A DNA stretch of 64,000 nt from a virus (IMGVR_UViG_3300025099_000016:1-64000); one strand, 5' to 3'. Counted from the stretch's first letter, positions 28,647 to 37,712 are shown. The notes: a model not told the origin generated them from the letters alone. A program made the numbers and translations.

Positions 28647-29353
28647 GTAACAGATATTTAGATGAAGCTGGTGAAATAACTAGCAAGCAAATCGACACAA
28701 CTATAAAAGATCGTACTGATGCACTTGGTTTCTTTAAACTAATGGGTATCAAAGAGATAACTACTGCTCGTCAGAAGAAAAACGGTACAACAGTTTATGA
28801 GTTACCTATTCGTAAATTAAGCTATACAGGTAATTCTTATGCTTACAGATACGCTATTTATGACTCAGGTTACATACGAGATGTCAGTGAACACTGTAGT
28901 TCTCCGTGGTATATTAACAAAAGATACGAGACTAAAAGTAAATACTGGAATAGTTACTATAAAGAGTACTACACCTATACAGGTAGTAAACCAGTATTTA
29001 TAGATAATCTTGGTGACCAACTTGTTTACTTAGCTAATTATATACTTAAAAACCGCTATGGTAGTAAGTTATATAGCTGTTGTGACTGGAATGTTGAGCA
29101 GATTAGAGAGCAACGTGAGTTCATGCACAATGCTAAGTGGGAGGGTAATACGGTTACTATATCACGTGATGAGTATAACGAGTTGAGAAAAGCAAAACCG
29201 TTAGCTTTTACTGGAAACACAGTAAATATACCCACTAGTGAGTATGAAGCTATGTGTGCTAAGATTGACGCTGACGAGTTAGAAAAAATATCCGGTGGGG
29301 CACAAGACAAAGTAGAGGTATTTATTAATGGACATAGATATAATTTATCATGA
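28643..29353 (+). CDS. Hypothetical protein
   Basis: 236 aa, overlapping stop/start with both neighbours. Confidence 0.7.
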   Translation: MSNRYLDEAGEITSKQIDTTIKDRTDALGFFKLMGIKEITTARQKKNGTTVYELPIRKLSYTGNSYAYRYAIYDSGYIRDVSEHCSSPWYINKRYETKSKYWNSYYKEYYTYTGSKPVFIDNLGDQLVYLANYILKNRYGSKLYSCCDWNVEQIREQREFMHNAKWEGNTVTISRDEYNELRKAKPLAFTGNTVNIPTSEYEAMCAKIDADELEKISGGAQDKVEVFINGHRYNLS

Positions 29354-29565
29354 AATTAGAAGCAGAACACATAGAAGCAATAGCAAGTTACATGGCAGAT
29401 GACTTAGAAGATCACTTAGATATAGTATTCTGGGATGGTATAGCTCGTGTATTAGACGAGTTTAACATAGAATATGACGATATAGGTGAAATTTCTGACG
29501 AAGACTGTGACGCTATTGTAAACGAAACAAGATTAATGTTTGCACCTAAAAACGATTCACTATGA
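29350..29565 (+). CDS. Small acidic hypothetical protein
   Basis: ORF track; overlapping stop/start. Confidence 0.6.
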   Translation: MKLEAEHIEAIASYMADDLEDHLDIVFWDGIARVLDEFNIEYDDIGEISDEDCDAIVNETRLMFAPKNDSL

Positions 29566-29789
29566 AATTAACAGAAAAAGAGCTAGAAAGCGTTAAATGT
29601 ACACTAATAGATGAGACATCTGACTTTATATTAGCTAGAGTATGCGATGCAATGGTTGATAAACTAGTAGATGCAGGTAAATTATCTGAAGATGTTAGTG
29701 GTCACAACTTAGATATTGAGCAAATAGATGAGATAGTATGTAGTGTATTTAAAGGACTTTATTATGAAAAAGAGAAAACTGAACAGTAG
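29562..29789 (+). CDS. Small acidic hypothetical protein
   Basis: ORF track; overlapping stop/start. Confidence 0.6.
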   Translation: MKLTEKELESVKCTLIDETSDFILARVCDAMVDKLVDAGKLSEDVSGHNLDIEQIDEIVCSVFKGLYYEKEKTEQ

Positions 29790-29886
29790 AAACCCAAAGT
29801 ATAGACCAAAAACCACTAAAGTAGTGGAAAATAAGCGTCACGAGCTGATTTGTACAACAAAAAATGTGAAAGTATATGCTACTTTT

Positions 29887-29918
29887 ACAAACTAAATACG
29901 AACACTCATGGATAATAT
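29887..29918 (+). promoter_or_regulatory. Early promoter-like motif, copy 9
   Basis: ACAAACTAAATACGA-N8-GGATAATAT. Confidence 0.8.
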
Positions 29919-29934
29919 ATTAAATTAACAACAA

Positions 29935-30288
29935 ATGAACAGAGAAAATTTAGAAACTAGAATTAAAGAACTTGGAGTTCTTATCGAAGAGGCAAGCGGA
30001 AACGTTAAAAAATTAGTTGATGAGCAAAATACTTTGACTCAAGACTTAGAGGATTTAGATAAACCTAAGTTAACTGAAGATCAGTGGGATAAAGTAGACA
30101 ACGCAGTTACAATGGCTTGTGAAGCTTTTGATGTAGACATAGACGACTGTGAGTATGAGCTTGAACTTGATTACGATAATAGAATACAAATTAACCACTT
30201 CGATTGGAGTAGACAACAAGAAGATCTAGCTAACCACATCATGGAAAGACTCGGCGAGATGTTCGGTACAGTTAAAAACGAAGAATAA
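29935..30288 (+). CDS. Acidic coiled-coil hypothetical protein
   Basis: ORF track. Confidence 0.65.
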   Translation: MNRENLETRIKELGVLIEEASGNVKKLVDEQNTLTQDLEDLDKPKLTEDQWDKVDNAVTMACEAFDVDIDDCEYELELDYDNRIQINHFDWSRQQEDLANHIMERLGEMFGTVKNEE

Positions 30289-30289
30289 C

Positions 30290-30566
30290 TGTCGCTTTAA
30301 ACACTCAGGGAGGAGATATTAAAGCAGGTTATACGTAAGCAAACTTTAAGGTTCGACTGATTCTGGTCGCTAACGCGGAAATTAGATCCAGATAAGTGAG
30401 AAGGAATAAGGCTTACTTGTCAACTCATTAGGTTATGGGGAGTAATTCCCCGTGTAAAATTATGAAGCCTCTTTGAACGAGTTGACACCCAGCTAGGTGA
30501 TGGTCACAGGAAACACGGTTGCGCTCGTGTTGAAAACAATGAGGTTCGATTCCTCACTAGCTACTA
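30290..30566 (+). ncRNA. Candidate structured ncRNA ending in a tRNA-like domain
   Basis: 9-bp stem TGTCAACTC/GAGTTGACA; T-arm TGAGG-TTCGATT-CCTCA; AGCTAG/CTAGCT acceptor-like stem; ends in ACTA. Confidence 0.5.
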
Positions 30567-30698
30567 AATTACAAATATGAGAAGATTAATTTACGATATG
30601 TACTACGCTGAAGAGATTTCTTCTGACGCTTGCATAAAATTAATAGAAAAATTAGAACAAGTTTCTGAAAAGAGACGTAAAAAAAGAGGAAGATACTA

Positions 30699-30905
30699 AT
30701 GGCAGATATAACATTTGAAGAGATGAACGAAGCAATCAGAGAAGAGATTTATACTGATGTAATACAAGAGTTTGAATACTTGAATAGCTATATTCTCAAT
30801 GATACTGAAAAGCAAAATATTATATCAGATATAGTTGATTGCATTCTCAGAGAAAGACAGAGCCAACCTCCGTGTGAGTGTGCTGCATATGGTGGCACAA
30901 ACTAA
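30699..30905 (+). CDS. Hypothetical protein
   Basis: ORF track. Confidence 0.55.
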   Translation: MADITFEEMNEAIREEIYTDVIQEFEYLNSYILNDTEKQNIISDIVDCILRERQSQPPCECAAYGGTN

Positions 30906-30928
30906 ATACGATTAGTGTTGGATAATAT
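30897..30928 (+). promoter_or_regulatory. Early promoter-like motif, copy 10
   Basis: ACAAACTAAATACGA-N8-GGATAATAT. Confidence 0.8.
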
Positions 30929-30952
30929 TGTAAACAAATTAAATTAAACTAT

Positions 30953-31186
30953 ATGGAGAACTTATGGAAACGACTGAAACCAGCAGTTAAGACGAAAATT
31001 CTGGCAGAAAAAGATGAATATCCTTACTTAGTTAATGATGTTAAGACTCAATTAGAAAATAATAAATTCTGGACTGACTTGCCTATTGGTACAGCTAGAC
31101 AAGTTGTTAATTTTTCACACGATAGTGTGTTTGAGATTACAATGACTGACTTTATGTGGGGTGATTTATTCATTAAAAAAGCTTAA
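30953..31186 (+). CDS. Hypothetical protein
   Basis: ORF track. Confidence 0.6.
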   Translation: MENLWKRLKPAVKTKILAEKDEYPYLVNDVKTQLENNKFWTDLPIGTARQVVNFSHDSVFEITMTDFMWGDLFIKKA

Positions 31187-31188
31187 TT

Positions 31189-31470
31189 ATGACAAAAATT
31201 AAAGAACAAACAGTACCTAAATGGTTTGAAGGTGAGGTTTATGACGAAGGTGCAGTAGTCCAAAACCGATTTAGTGGCGAAGAATATGAACTTAATGCAC
31301 TTGAATTATCTATTTATGATATGATAATGGGTGCACAAATGTTTATCGAGATGAGATATAACGGTGATATGCTTGATCCTCGCACTGCAGACATGCAAAA
31401 AGATATGCGTAAAGGTTTGGATTGGTTCCGAACTCACAACGCTTCAGCTTACATGGTTCTGCTAGATTAA
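31189..31470 (+). CDS. Hypothetical protein
   Basis: ORF track. Confidence 0.65.
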   Translation: MTKIKEQTVPKWFEGEVYDEGAVVQNRFSGEEYELNALELSIYDMIMGAQMFIEMRYNGDMLDPRTADMQKDMRKGLDWFRTHNASAYMVLLD

Positions 31471-31552
31471 TGGATTGGCAAGTGTATGTTCATTTTGGCA
31501 TACTAGTATTGTGTGCATTTGAAACTAGAAAACAGACTAAATACAAAGAATA

Positions 31553-31876
31553 ATGACAACAAACGAAATTGAAAAGCAATTAAAACGCAAAGCAGAACAG
31601 CAAATACGTGAACATGTTAAAGTTATCGTTGATAATATGGCTGAATTTGCTAGAGAACATACTAATATTAACCGTAGTGGTTTGCGATGGTATAGTAATC
31701 GTGCAAAACCAGAACCTAGGTTCAACGGTGATGATGAACGACTAGATCCATTTAACCATTTTGATTGGAATGAGTTAGCTCAATTAATGAGAAGAAATAT
31801 GGAAGAAACCTTGTTAGAAACTATGGTTGAAAAGAAAACAAAAGAATTATTAAATAAAATGGACTTATTCGAATGA
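31553..31876 (+). CDS. Hypothetical protein
   Basis: ORF track. Confidence 0.65.
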   Translation: MTTNEIEKQLKRKAEQQIREHVKVIVDNMAEFAREHTNINRSGLRWYSNRAKPEPRFNGDDERLDPFNHFDWNELAQLMRRNMEETLLETMVEKKTKELLNKMDLFE

Positions 31877-32127
31877 AAGCATTTGCAATACATGAGTATA
31901 TTGTCAACGAGCTAGGTAAACAACCTAGACATAATGTATATTCTTTAGCTAGTGCTATAACGGATATAGCTGAAGAACAAGATTTAAACGAAGACAAGTT
32001 AATGAGATTACTTCTAGCTAATGAACCTATGGGTGTGTCGCACAGCTACGGGTTTCATACTAGATGGGGTAGATTTATTATTGAAGAAACACAAAACAGA
32101 TATTATGAGTATGAAGGAGAAATTTAG
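31873..32127 (+). CDS. Hypothetical protein
   Basis: ORF track; overlapping stop/start. Confidence 0.6.
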   Translation: MKAFAIHEYIVNELGKQPRHNVYSLASAITDIAEEQDLNEDKLMRLLLANEPMGVSHSYGFHTRWGRFIIEETQNRYYEYEGEI

Positions 32128-32213
32128 AGAATACGGATTCTATGCAGCTTGTACTGCTTATGTAGCACTTATAGGTAGTGTAGTAGTTAGTGCGATTTAT
32201 ATGCTTATGACTT

Positions 32214-32672
32214 ATGGCAACTAGAGCTATAGTAAGGTTCGCTACTCGCGAATCAGGTGTATCATTCAGTGAGCACCCGGATAAATGGCATGCGCAATTA
32301 TTTTGTAGATTAGACGGTCACCCTGAATCATTAGGTGTAGATATTGCTAATTCTATAGCTAACAGATGTTTTATACCACATAATTTAGAGATAGATAGTT
32401 TAGATACTAAACGCGGTGATCTAGATTATGTTTACTATGTATGGCAACATTTTGATAAATCTACATGGATTAGCATATTCGAAGCTACCGAAGCTTATTG
32501 TCCAACCTGTGGACACCGAGACCCAGATGGTGAAGAACGTATGTATGAGTGTATATTTGTAGGTGAACCTTATGATTTACAAAAGAAATTTAGAGATAAC
32601 AAACCAAGAGATTTTGATGGTAACTGGAATGGTGATAAAATCACTTGTGTAGATGTAGAAGGCACAAACTAA
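32214..32672 (+). CDS. Hypothetical protein
   Basis: 152 aa; one CPTC motif. Confidence 0.65.
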   Translation: MATRAIVRFATRESGVSFSEHPDKWHAQLFCRLDGHPESLGVDIANSIANRCFIPHNLEIDSLDTKRGDLDYVYYVWQHFDKSTWISIFEATEAYCPTCGHRDPDGEERMYECIFVGEPYDLQKKFRDNKPRDFDGNWNGDKITCVDVEGTN

Positions 32673-32695
32673 ATACGAACGCTAAAGGATAATAT
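32664..32695 (+). promoter_or_regulatory. Early promoter-like motif, copy 11
   Basis: ACAAACTAAATACGA-N8-GGATAATAT. Confidence 0.8.
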
Positions 32696-32699
32696 ATGT

Positions 32700-32957
32700 A
32701 TGACAAAAAACGAAATACAAAAATTAGGAATCAGTATTGCTGAAGAGTTAATCAAACTAGGTAGAGAATCAGGTGGTATAACTTACATAACTGAAGATGA
32801 TCTTGATCATGCAGTTGGTGAGTTAGCTAGATGCATGACTCTACTTAACTTATACGAAGAGCGCGAAGAATACGAAAAATGTGCAATTATGAAAATACAA
32901 ATTAAAAGATTGAAAGAACAAATAGGTGCAGAAGGAGGATTAGATGATGAGGTATAA
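32700..32957 (+). CDS. Hypothetical protein with UVR-like helical motif
   Basis: YEEREEYEKCAIMKIQIK. Confidence 0.55.
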   Translation: MTKNEIQKLGISIAEELIKLGRESGGITYITEDDLDHAVGELARCMTLLNLYEEREEYEKCAIMKIQIKRLKEQIGAEGGLDDEV

Positions 32958-33795
32958 ACCAATGCTGGCACACCCTGTCAGCGACCGACCAGTTGACTAC
33001 GATAATGGTCCTGTATTTATACAACCTAAGCTTGACGGCGTGCGTTGTCTAATACAGTATGACAATAGCAAGGTAACAGCGTACTCACGTACAGGTAAAG
33101 AATGGAAAAACATTGACCATATATTGTTCAATCTAAAACCATTCTTTCAACTAAATCCTGACGTAGTACTCGACGGCGAGTTATATAATCACGATCTAAA
33201 AGATGATTTTGAGAAGATTATCTCTTGCGTTCGTAAAACTAAACCTACAGATGAGCATAGAGCTGAGTCTGAACGACTAGTACAGTTTCACTGCTACGAC
33301 ATTATAAAACCTAGCCCACGTGGTATGAGTTTTAGTGTACGTGATGAATGGATACAGTTAAATGTACCACTAAACTTTTGTGTAAAACATGTGGATTCTA
33401 TCCCTGTACGTAGTGATGATGATGCTCTATGGCAGAATAGTAGAAGCTTAAAAGCGGGTTACGAAGGTTCTATACTTAGAACTAATGATATTTATCAACA
33501 CAAACGTTCACACAACTTACGCAAGTTCAAGCAGTTTCACGACGCTGAAGCTAAGATAATTGGCTGGGTTGCAGGTAAAGGTAAACGTACAGGTACTATT
33601 GGTAAGTTTATGGCAATGGACACTGATGGCGTAGAGTTCGGTATGCCTGTTATGGATAAGCAGAAATACCTAGAAGAAAACTTCGAAAAGATGCAAGGAT
33701 GGGTAGGTAAGATTGCTACGTTCAAATACTTCGAGCGTACAAAAGCTGGTAGTTACCGTCATCCTTTATTCAAATGTATACGCGACTACGAATAG
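32944..33795 (+). CDS. lig: ATP-dependent DNA ligase
   Basis: Motif I QPKLDGVR, LDGELY, YEGSILR, LRKFKQFHDAE and the OB-fold end RHPLF. Confidence 0.93.
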   Translation: MMRYKPMLAHPVSDRPVDYDNGPVFIQPKLDGVRCLIQYDNSKVTAYSRTGKEWKNIDHILFNLKPFFQLNPDVVLDGELYNHDLKDDFEKIISCVRKTKPTDEHRAESERLVQFHCYDIIKPSPRGMSFSVRDEWIQLNVPLNFCVKHVDSIPVRSDDDALWQNSRSLKAGYEGSILRTNDIYQHKRSHNLRKFKQFHDAEAKIIGWVAGKGKRTGTIGKFMAMDTDGVEFGMPVMDKQKYLEENFEKMQGWVGKIATFKYFERTKAGSYRHPLFKCIRDYE

Positions 33796-33796
33796 T

Positions 33797-34288
33797 ATGA
33801 ATATATTTTACTTAGATGAAGATCCTAAAAAAGCAGCTAAGCTACAATACAATAAACATGTAGTGAAGATGATACTAGAATCTGCCCAAATGTTGTGTAC
33901 TGCACACCATCATTATGACAATGGTGACAAAGTACCATACAAGAAAGCGCACTATAATCATCCTTCTACTATATGGGTACGTGAAAACGCTTACAATTAT
34001 ATGTGGCTTTACAGGCATATGCTAGCACTAGGTGATGAATATACTAGAAGGTATGGTAAACAGCATTTAACTATCACTAAATGTTATGATCCGCTGTTTA
34101 GATTACCGCCTGGTATACCTATACCTGACCCGTTAACTCACACACAACCTCCGCAGGCTATGCCTGATGAGTACAAGAATAAGTGTAGCGTTCAAGCTTA
34201 CTGGAATTATTATATTGGCGACAAAAGCCATATAGCTAATACTAAAACAGAAAAAATATATGAAGAAAGACCTAAAACAACGTATTGA
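33797..34288 (+). CDS. Pyrimidine-dimer DNA glycosylase / endonuclease V family
   Basis: MNIFYLDEDP...KHVVKMILESAQMLCTAH...HYNHPSTIWVR; likely start is the ATG at 33797. Confidence 0.8.
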   Translation: MNIFYLDEDPKKAAKLQYNKHVVKMILESAQMLCTAHHHYDNGDKVPYKKAHYNHPSTIWVRENAYNYMWLYRHMLALGDEYTRRYGKQHLTITKCYDPLFRLPPGIPIPDPLTHTQPPQAMPDEYKNKCSVQAYWNYYIGDKSHIANTKTEKIYEERPKTTY

Positions 34289-34363
34289 GGACTTTAACCG
34301 AATTAAATACACCAAAGATGATTCCAAAAGAATCATTATTGCAACATTAAATGCCGAGGGGAC

Positions 34364-34409
34364 TGTGACAACAGCCCCTATATATAAAGAATAACAGGCT
34401 TATGTCACA
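34364..34409. promoter_or_regulatory. TGTGACA dyad site C, overlapping the start of the HTH gene
   Basis: TGTGACA-N32-TGTCACA; reverse complement begins TGTGACATAAGCCTGTTATT, like sites A and B. Confidence 0.65.
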
Positions 34410-35022
34410 AACCACACGGAATTTAGATTACTTACATCGTCGTAGAATAGTATACCGACGTGACCCAATAGAACCACCTGATTATGAAAATAGTCAGTAC
34501 ATGTTCTTTGAAAACGGTACATACCAAGCTTACGATTTATTTAAAGGTAATGCTAAAATAAATACTTATAAAAGTCTTAAATGGCATTTACTAGTATTGT
34601 GGTATTTAAACCCAAAGCTAAACCCAGATGAGTTTAATAACTTAGCAGAGTTTATCGTAGATAAAGATAATGGCTTTACTACATTTAATATATCTAGTAC
34701 AGGTTTAGAAAGGATTATACATGATGTATACATGTCTGATCTTGATCGACCACCTACAAATAGATTACGTAAAGTTGTATTTAAAATGAGTAACGGGCTT
34801 GAGAAACATGAAAAGTTAAGCATCGTGGGTAAATTAATAGGTAGATCAAAACGGATCCATTCTGATGACATTTATCAATGCATGATAGATATGAACGATA
34901 TGGGAAAAAAGATCACGATACGACGTCTAGCAGGCTTATTAGACTGTTCAGCACGAACAATACATCGCAACATGTGTAATGAATTGAAACGTGAAAAAGA
35001 ATTATTAAATAGAAAAATATGA
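34402..35022 (+). CDS. DNA-binding protein with C-terminal HTH, possible replication initiator or regulator
   Basis: KITIRRLAGLLDCSARTIHRNM is an HTH pattern. Confidence 0.65.
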   Translation: MSQTTRNLDYLHRRRIVYRRDPIEPPDYENSQYMFFENGTYQAYDLFKGNAKINTYKSLKWHLLVLWYLNPKLNPDEFNNLAEFIVDKDNGFTTFNISSTGLERIIHDVYMSDLDRPPTNRLRKVVFKMSNGLEKHEKLSIVGKLIGRSKRIHSDDIYQCMIDMNDMGKKITIRRLAGLLDCSARTIHRNMCNELKREKELLNRKI

Positions 35023-35774
35023 AAAAATATAATGTACAGAATTATATTAGGTATAAAGAAGATGTAAAAGAAAGTATATCTAGGATAGAAGGTAAGTTCT
35101 GGAATGAATATACTAGAGAGGAATTAATAATAAAATTCTTACCACTAGTAGAAAATCTAGCTAGGAAATTTTCAACTTCTCAACAAGCATCTGGTGTAAT
35201 GACAATTAATGATCTAATACAAGAAGGTAGTGCAGGCTTGATAGCAGCGGTAGATAAGATAGTATGGCCAAATATTACTGAATCAGAAGATCCTGAGAAA
35301 ACTATTAAGTCTTTTTTCTCTAAACGCATACGTGGAGCAATACGTAGACGTATAGACATTAATAGAGGTAACATGCGTATACCTGAACATAAGCTGAATG
35401 AGATACGTAAAGATTTTGGTGAAGATAAAAAAGCTGTAGAGATGTTTTTTAATTCTGTATTTCTTAGTTTAGACACTCCATTTAATGAAGATGGTTCAAC
35501 CTATGATGTTCCAGACGAGTCTAAAGAATACAACTTAGACCTACTTGGTGCGTACATTAAAAGTTTAATGAATCAGTACTTAAACCACAAAGAATTTCAA
35601 GTGTTAAGACTGTCATTCGGTCTTGATTGTAAAAAACACTCAGCGAAAGAAATAGCATCTATTCTAGGTATGAAAGGTAATAGTTCTTATGTACGTGTTT
35701 CACAGTTAAAAAAGCAAGCAATAGGAAAATTAATAGACAACGTTCCTTACTCGCAAGTAGTTGATTATCTGTAG
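35019..35774 (+). CDS. RNA polymerase sigma-70 family factor
   Basis: Region 2 INDLIQEGSAGLIAAVDK and region 4 KEFQVLRLSFGL...SAKEIASILG...RVSQLKKQAIGKL. Confidence 0.9.
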   Translation: MKKYNVQNYIRYKEDVKESISRIEGKFWNEYTREELIIKFLPLVENLARKFSTSQQASGVMTINDLIQEGSAGLIAAVDKIVWPNITESEDPEKTIKSFFSKRIRGAIRRRIDINRGNMRIPEHKLNEIRKDFGEDKKAVEMFFNSVFLSLDTPFNEDGSTYDVPDESKEYNLDLLGAYIKSLMNQYLNHKEFQVLRLSFGLDCKKHSAKEIASILGMKGNSSYVRVSQLKKQAIGKLIDNVPYSQVVDYL

Positions 35775-35847
35775 TTTAAGCGTGAAATAAATGTTAAATT
35801 TGTGTATCTATCTGTAATTATATAGGTACCGATAAACCAATATACCA

Positions 35848-36399
35848 ATGGCAGAATTAACGAAAACATTAGCGGTCATTCAGACTGAGCTAAAGGCAAA
35901 AAAGTCTTCTTATAACGCCTTCGGAAAATACTATTTCCGTAAAGCAGAAGATATTCTTGAAGCGGCAAAACCGTTTCTAACAAAGCACAATGTATACGTC
36001 AAGGTTGATGAATCAATCATTAGCGTTGACCCTGTACCAATGATGCAATCCACCGCCACTATTTCTAACGGCAAAGAATCCATCACAGCAACAGCGATTG
36101 TAGGTGTAGACCTTAATCAAAAAGGTATGCAGACCTCACAACAGTTCGGTGCAGCTTCTACTTATGGTAAGAAGTACGCGCTAGGTAATCTATTTCTTAT
36201 TGATGACACTGAAGATGCAGACGCTACCAACAATCATGGTAAGACTACAGCTCCTGAGGTTACTAAGAAAAAGATAACTGCTGCTCAAATGAAAAAAGCC
36301 AAAGACTTTGTTAGTGGTGGTGGGGACATCAAGGCTATATTAGCTAAGTATACAATGTCACCAGCAGAATTAACTGAACTAAAGAAACTAGTTAAATAG
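35848..36399 (+). CDS. erf: ERF family single-strand annealing protein
   Basis: YNAFGKYYFRKAEDIL; QQFGAASTYGKKYALGNLFLID..DAD. Confidence 0.85.
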   Translation: MAELTKTLAVIQTELKAKKSSYNAFGKYYFRKAEDILEAAKPFLTKHNVYVKVDESIISVDPVPMMQSTATISNGKESITATAIVGVDLNQKGMQTSQQFGAASTYGKKYALGNLFLIDDTEDADATNNHGKTTAPEVTKKKITAAQMKKAKDFVSGGGDIKAILAKYTMSPAELTELKKLVK

Positions 36400-36400
36400 T

Positions 36401-37132
36401 ATGAAGGAAATACTCGAGAAATTAAGAGTAGATGAACATTATTACGGTGAATACGGTAACCAGTTCTTAAGTAACTCTAATATTAGTACATTACTTAAGG
36501 ACCCAGCTAAGCTACGCGATAAGAGGGCTCAAACCCCAGCGTTTTTAGTTGGAGGTTACTTTCACACCGCAATACTTGAGCCTGAAAAGCTTAAATCTTT
36601 TAGAATAGTTGAAGCATCAACTAGGAATACGAAGGTATATAAAGAATTGTCTGGAGGTGAAATGTGTTTGTTACAAAGTGAAGTTGATAAGATCGAACTC
36701 ATGACTCAAGCAATGATGGATAATGATGTATGTAGAGACCTTATAAAACCTGTATTAGCAGAAGTAGAATATGAAGAGCCACGTGTTGGCGAACTATTCG
36801 GTAATATGTGGAAGGGTAAAGCAGATGTTATTAACCATGGGGAAGAGCTTGTGATAGATCTTAAAACTACCTCTGATATAGATAAGTTTAGGTGGTCAGC
36901 ATCTAAATACAACTACGATAGTCAAGCATATATTTATAGTAAGTTATTCGGTTACGAGATGATATTTATAGTCATTGACAAGAATACTAACAGGATAGGT
37001 ATATATGATTGCTCGCCAGAGTTTTATAAACGAGGTGAGGAGAAAGTTAGGCAGGCTAGTGCTGCATATGATTTGTTCTACAAATCTGAAGACTATGACT
37101 TTAAACAGTATCTACATAATGAAACACTTTAA
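36401..37132 (+). CDS. PD-(D/E)xK exonuclease (RecE / Exo VIII-like)
   Basis: WKGKAD...VIDLKTT...YNYDSQAYIY; paired with ERF. Confidence 0.85.
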   Translation: MKEILEKLRVDEHYYGEYGNQFLSNSNISTLLKDPAKLRDKRAQTPAFLVGGYFHTAILEPEKLKSFRIVEASTRNTKVYKELSGGEMCLLQSEVDKIELMTQAMMDNDVCRDLIKPVLAEVEYEEPRVGELFGNMWKGKADVINHGEELVIDLKTTSDIDKFRWSASKYNYDSQAYIYSKLFGYEMIFIVIDKNTNRIGIYDCSPEFYKRGEEKVRQASAAYDLFYKSEDYDFKQYLHNETL

Positions 37133-37133
37133 T

Positions 37134-37165
37134 ACAAACTAAATACGACTACTAACGGATAATAT
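37134..37165 (+). promoter_or_regulatory. Early promoter-like motif, copy 12
   Basis: ACAAACTAAATACGA-N8-GGATAATAT; upstream of the SSB/primase operon. Confidence 0.8.
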
Positions 37166-37167
37166 CA

Positions 37168-37398
37168 ATGATTAAATCAATAATTAATTACTTAAAACCA
37201 AAAACCATGGCAAGAAGAAAAATGAAAATGTGTACAATTTCTGGAAGAAAATTTACAGCAAACACTAAAAACTTTTATGTAAATCATAACACTTCTGATG
37301 GGTTACATCCATATCATAAAAGCTTCGATAATTTCCGTCGGACTACTGGAGCTACAGTATCGCAAGTTCGACAATTAGTTAACTTAATAAACGGATAA
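37168..37398 (+). CDS. Hypothetical protein
   Basis: ORF track; degenerate zinc-ribbon-like pattern. Confidence 0.6.
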   Translation: MIKSIINYLKPKTMARRKMKMCTISGRKFTANTKNFYVNHNTSDGLHPYHKSFDNFRRTTGATVSQVRQLVNLING

Positions 37399-37400
37399 GT

Positions 37401-37712
37401 ATGGCAAGTATTATTAAAACAAGTATCAACTTAAACGAGATACCAAAAGACAAAATCTTTAAAGGTAAGAAAGGGCAGTATCTGCCAATAACAATTACCC
37501 TTAACGATGAGGTTGATCAATTCGGTAATCAAGGACCAGTGTGTGTTGAACAGTCTAAAGAAGAACGCGATGCAAAAACGCCTAAAGTTTATTTAGGTAA
37601 TTGCCGTGTAGTATGGACTAACGGCGATAACGTCGACACAGCACCACGTGATAATGCACCTCAGCAAGCTACCCCACAGCCTGCTACAATGGATGATGAC
37701 TTACCATTTTAA
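37401..37712 (+). CDS. Putative single-stranded DNA-binding protein
   Basis: Beta-rich body with acidic DDDLPF tail, directly before the primase-helicase. Confidence 0.65.
   Translation: MASIIKTSINLNEIPKDKIFKGKKGQYLPITITLNDEVDQFGNQGPVCVEQSKEERDAKTPKVYLGNCRVVWTNGDNVDTAPRDNAPQQATPQPATMDDDLPF

Noticed and set aside
30350-30372. tmRNA 5' end (CTGATTCTGG near GTTCGAC)
   Set aside because: The motif order is wrong, there is no GGGG acceptor with a G-U pair, and no tag reading frame is evident.
31532-31545. A thirteenth copy of the early motif (ACAGACTAAATACA)
   Set aside because: Only the left half is present; GGATAATAT is missing.
23334-37165. The 32-bp repeats as a CRISPR or mini-array
   Set aside because: Spacing is irregular (300 bp to 4.5 kb), whole genes lie between copies, the centre varies and no cas genes are present.
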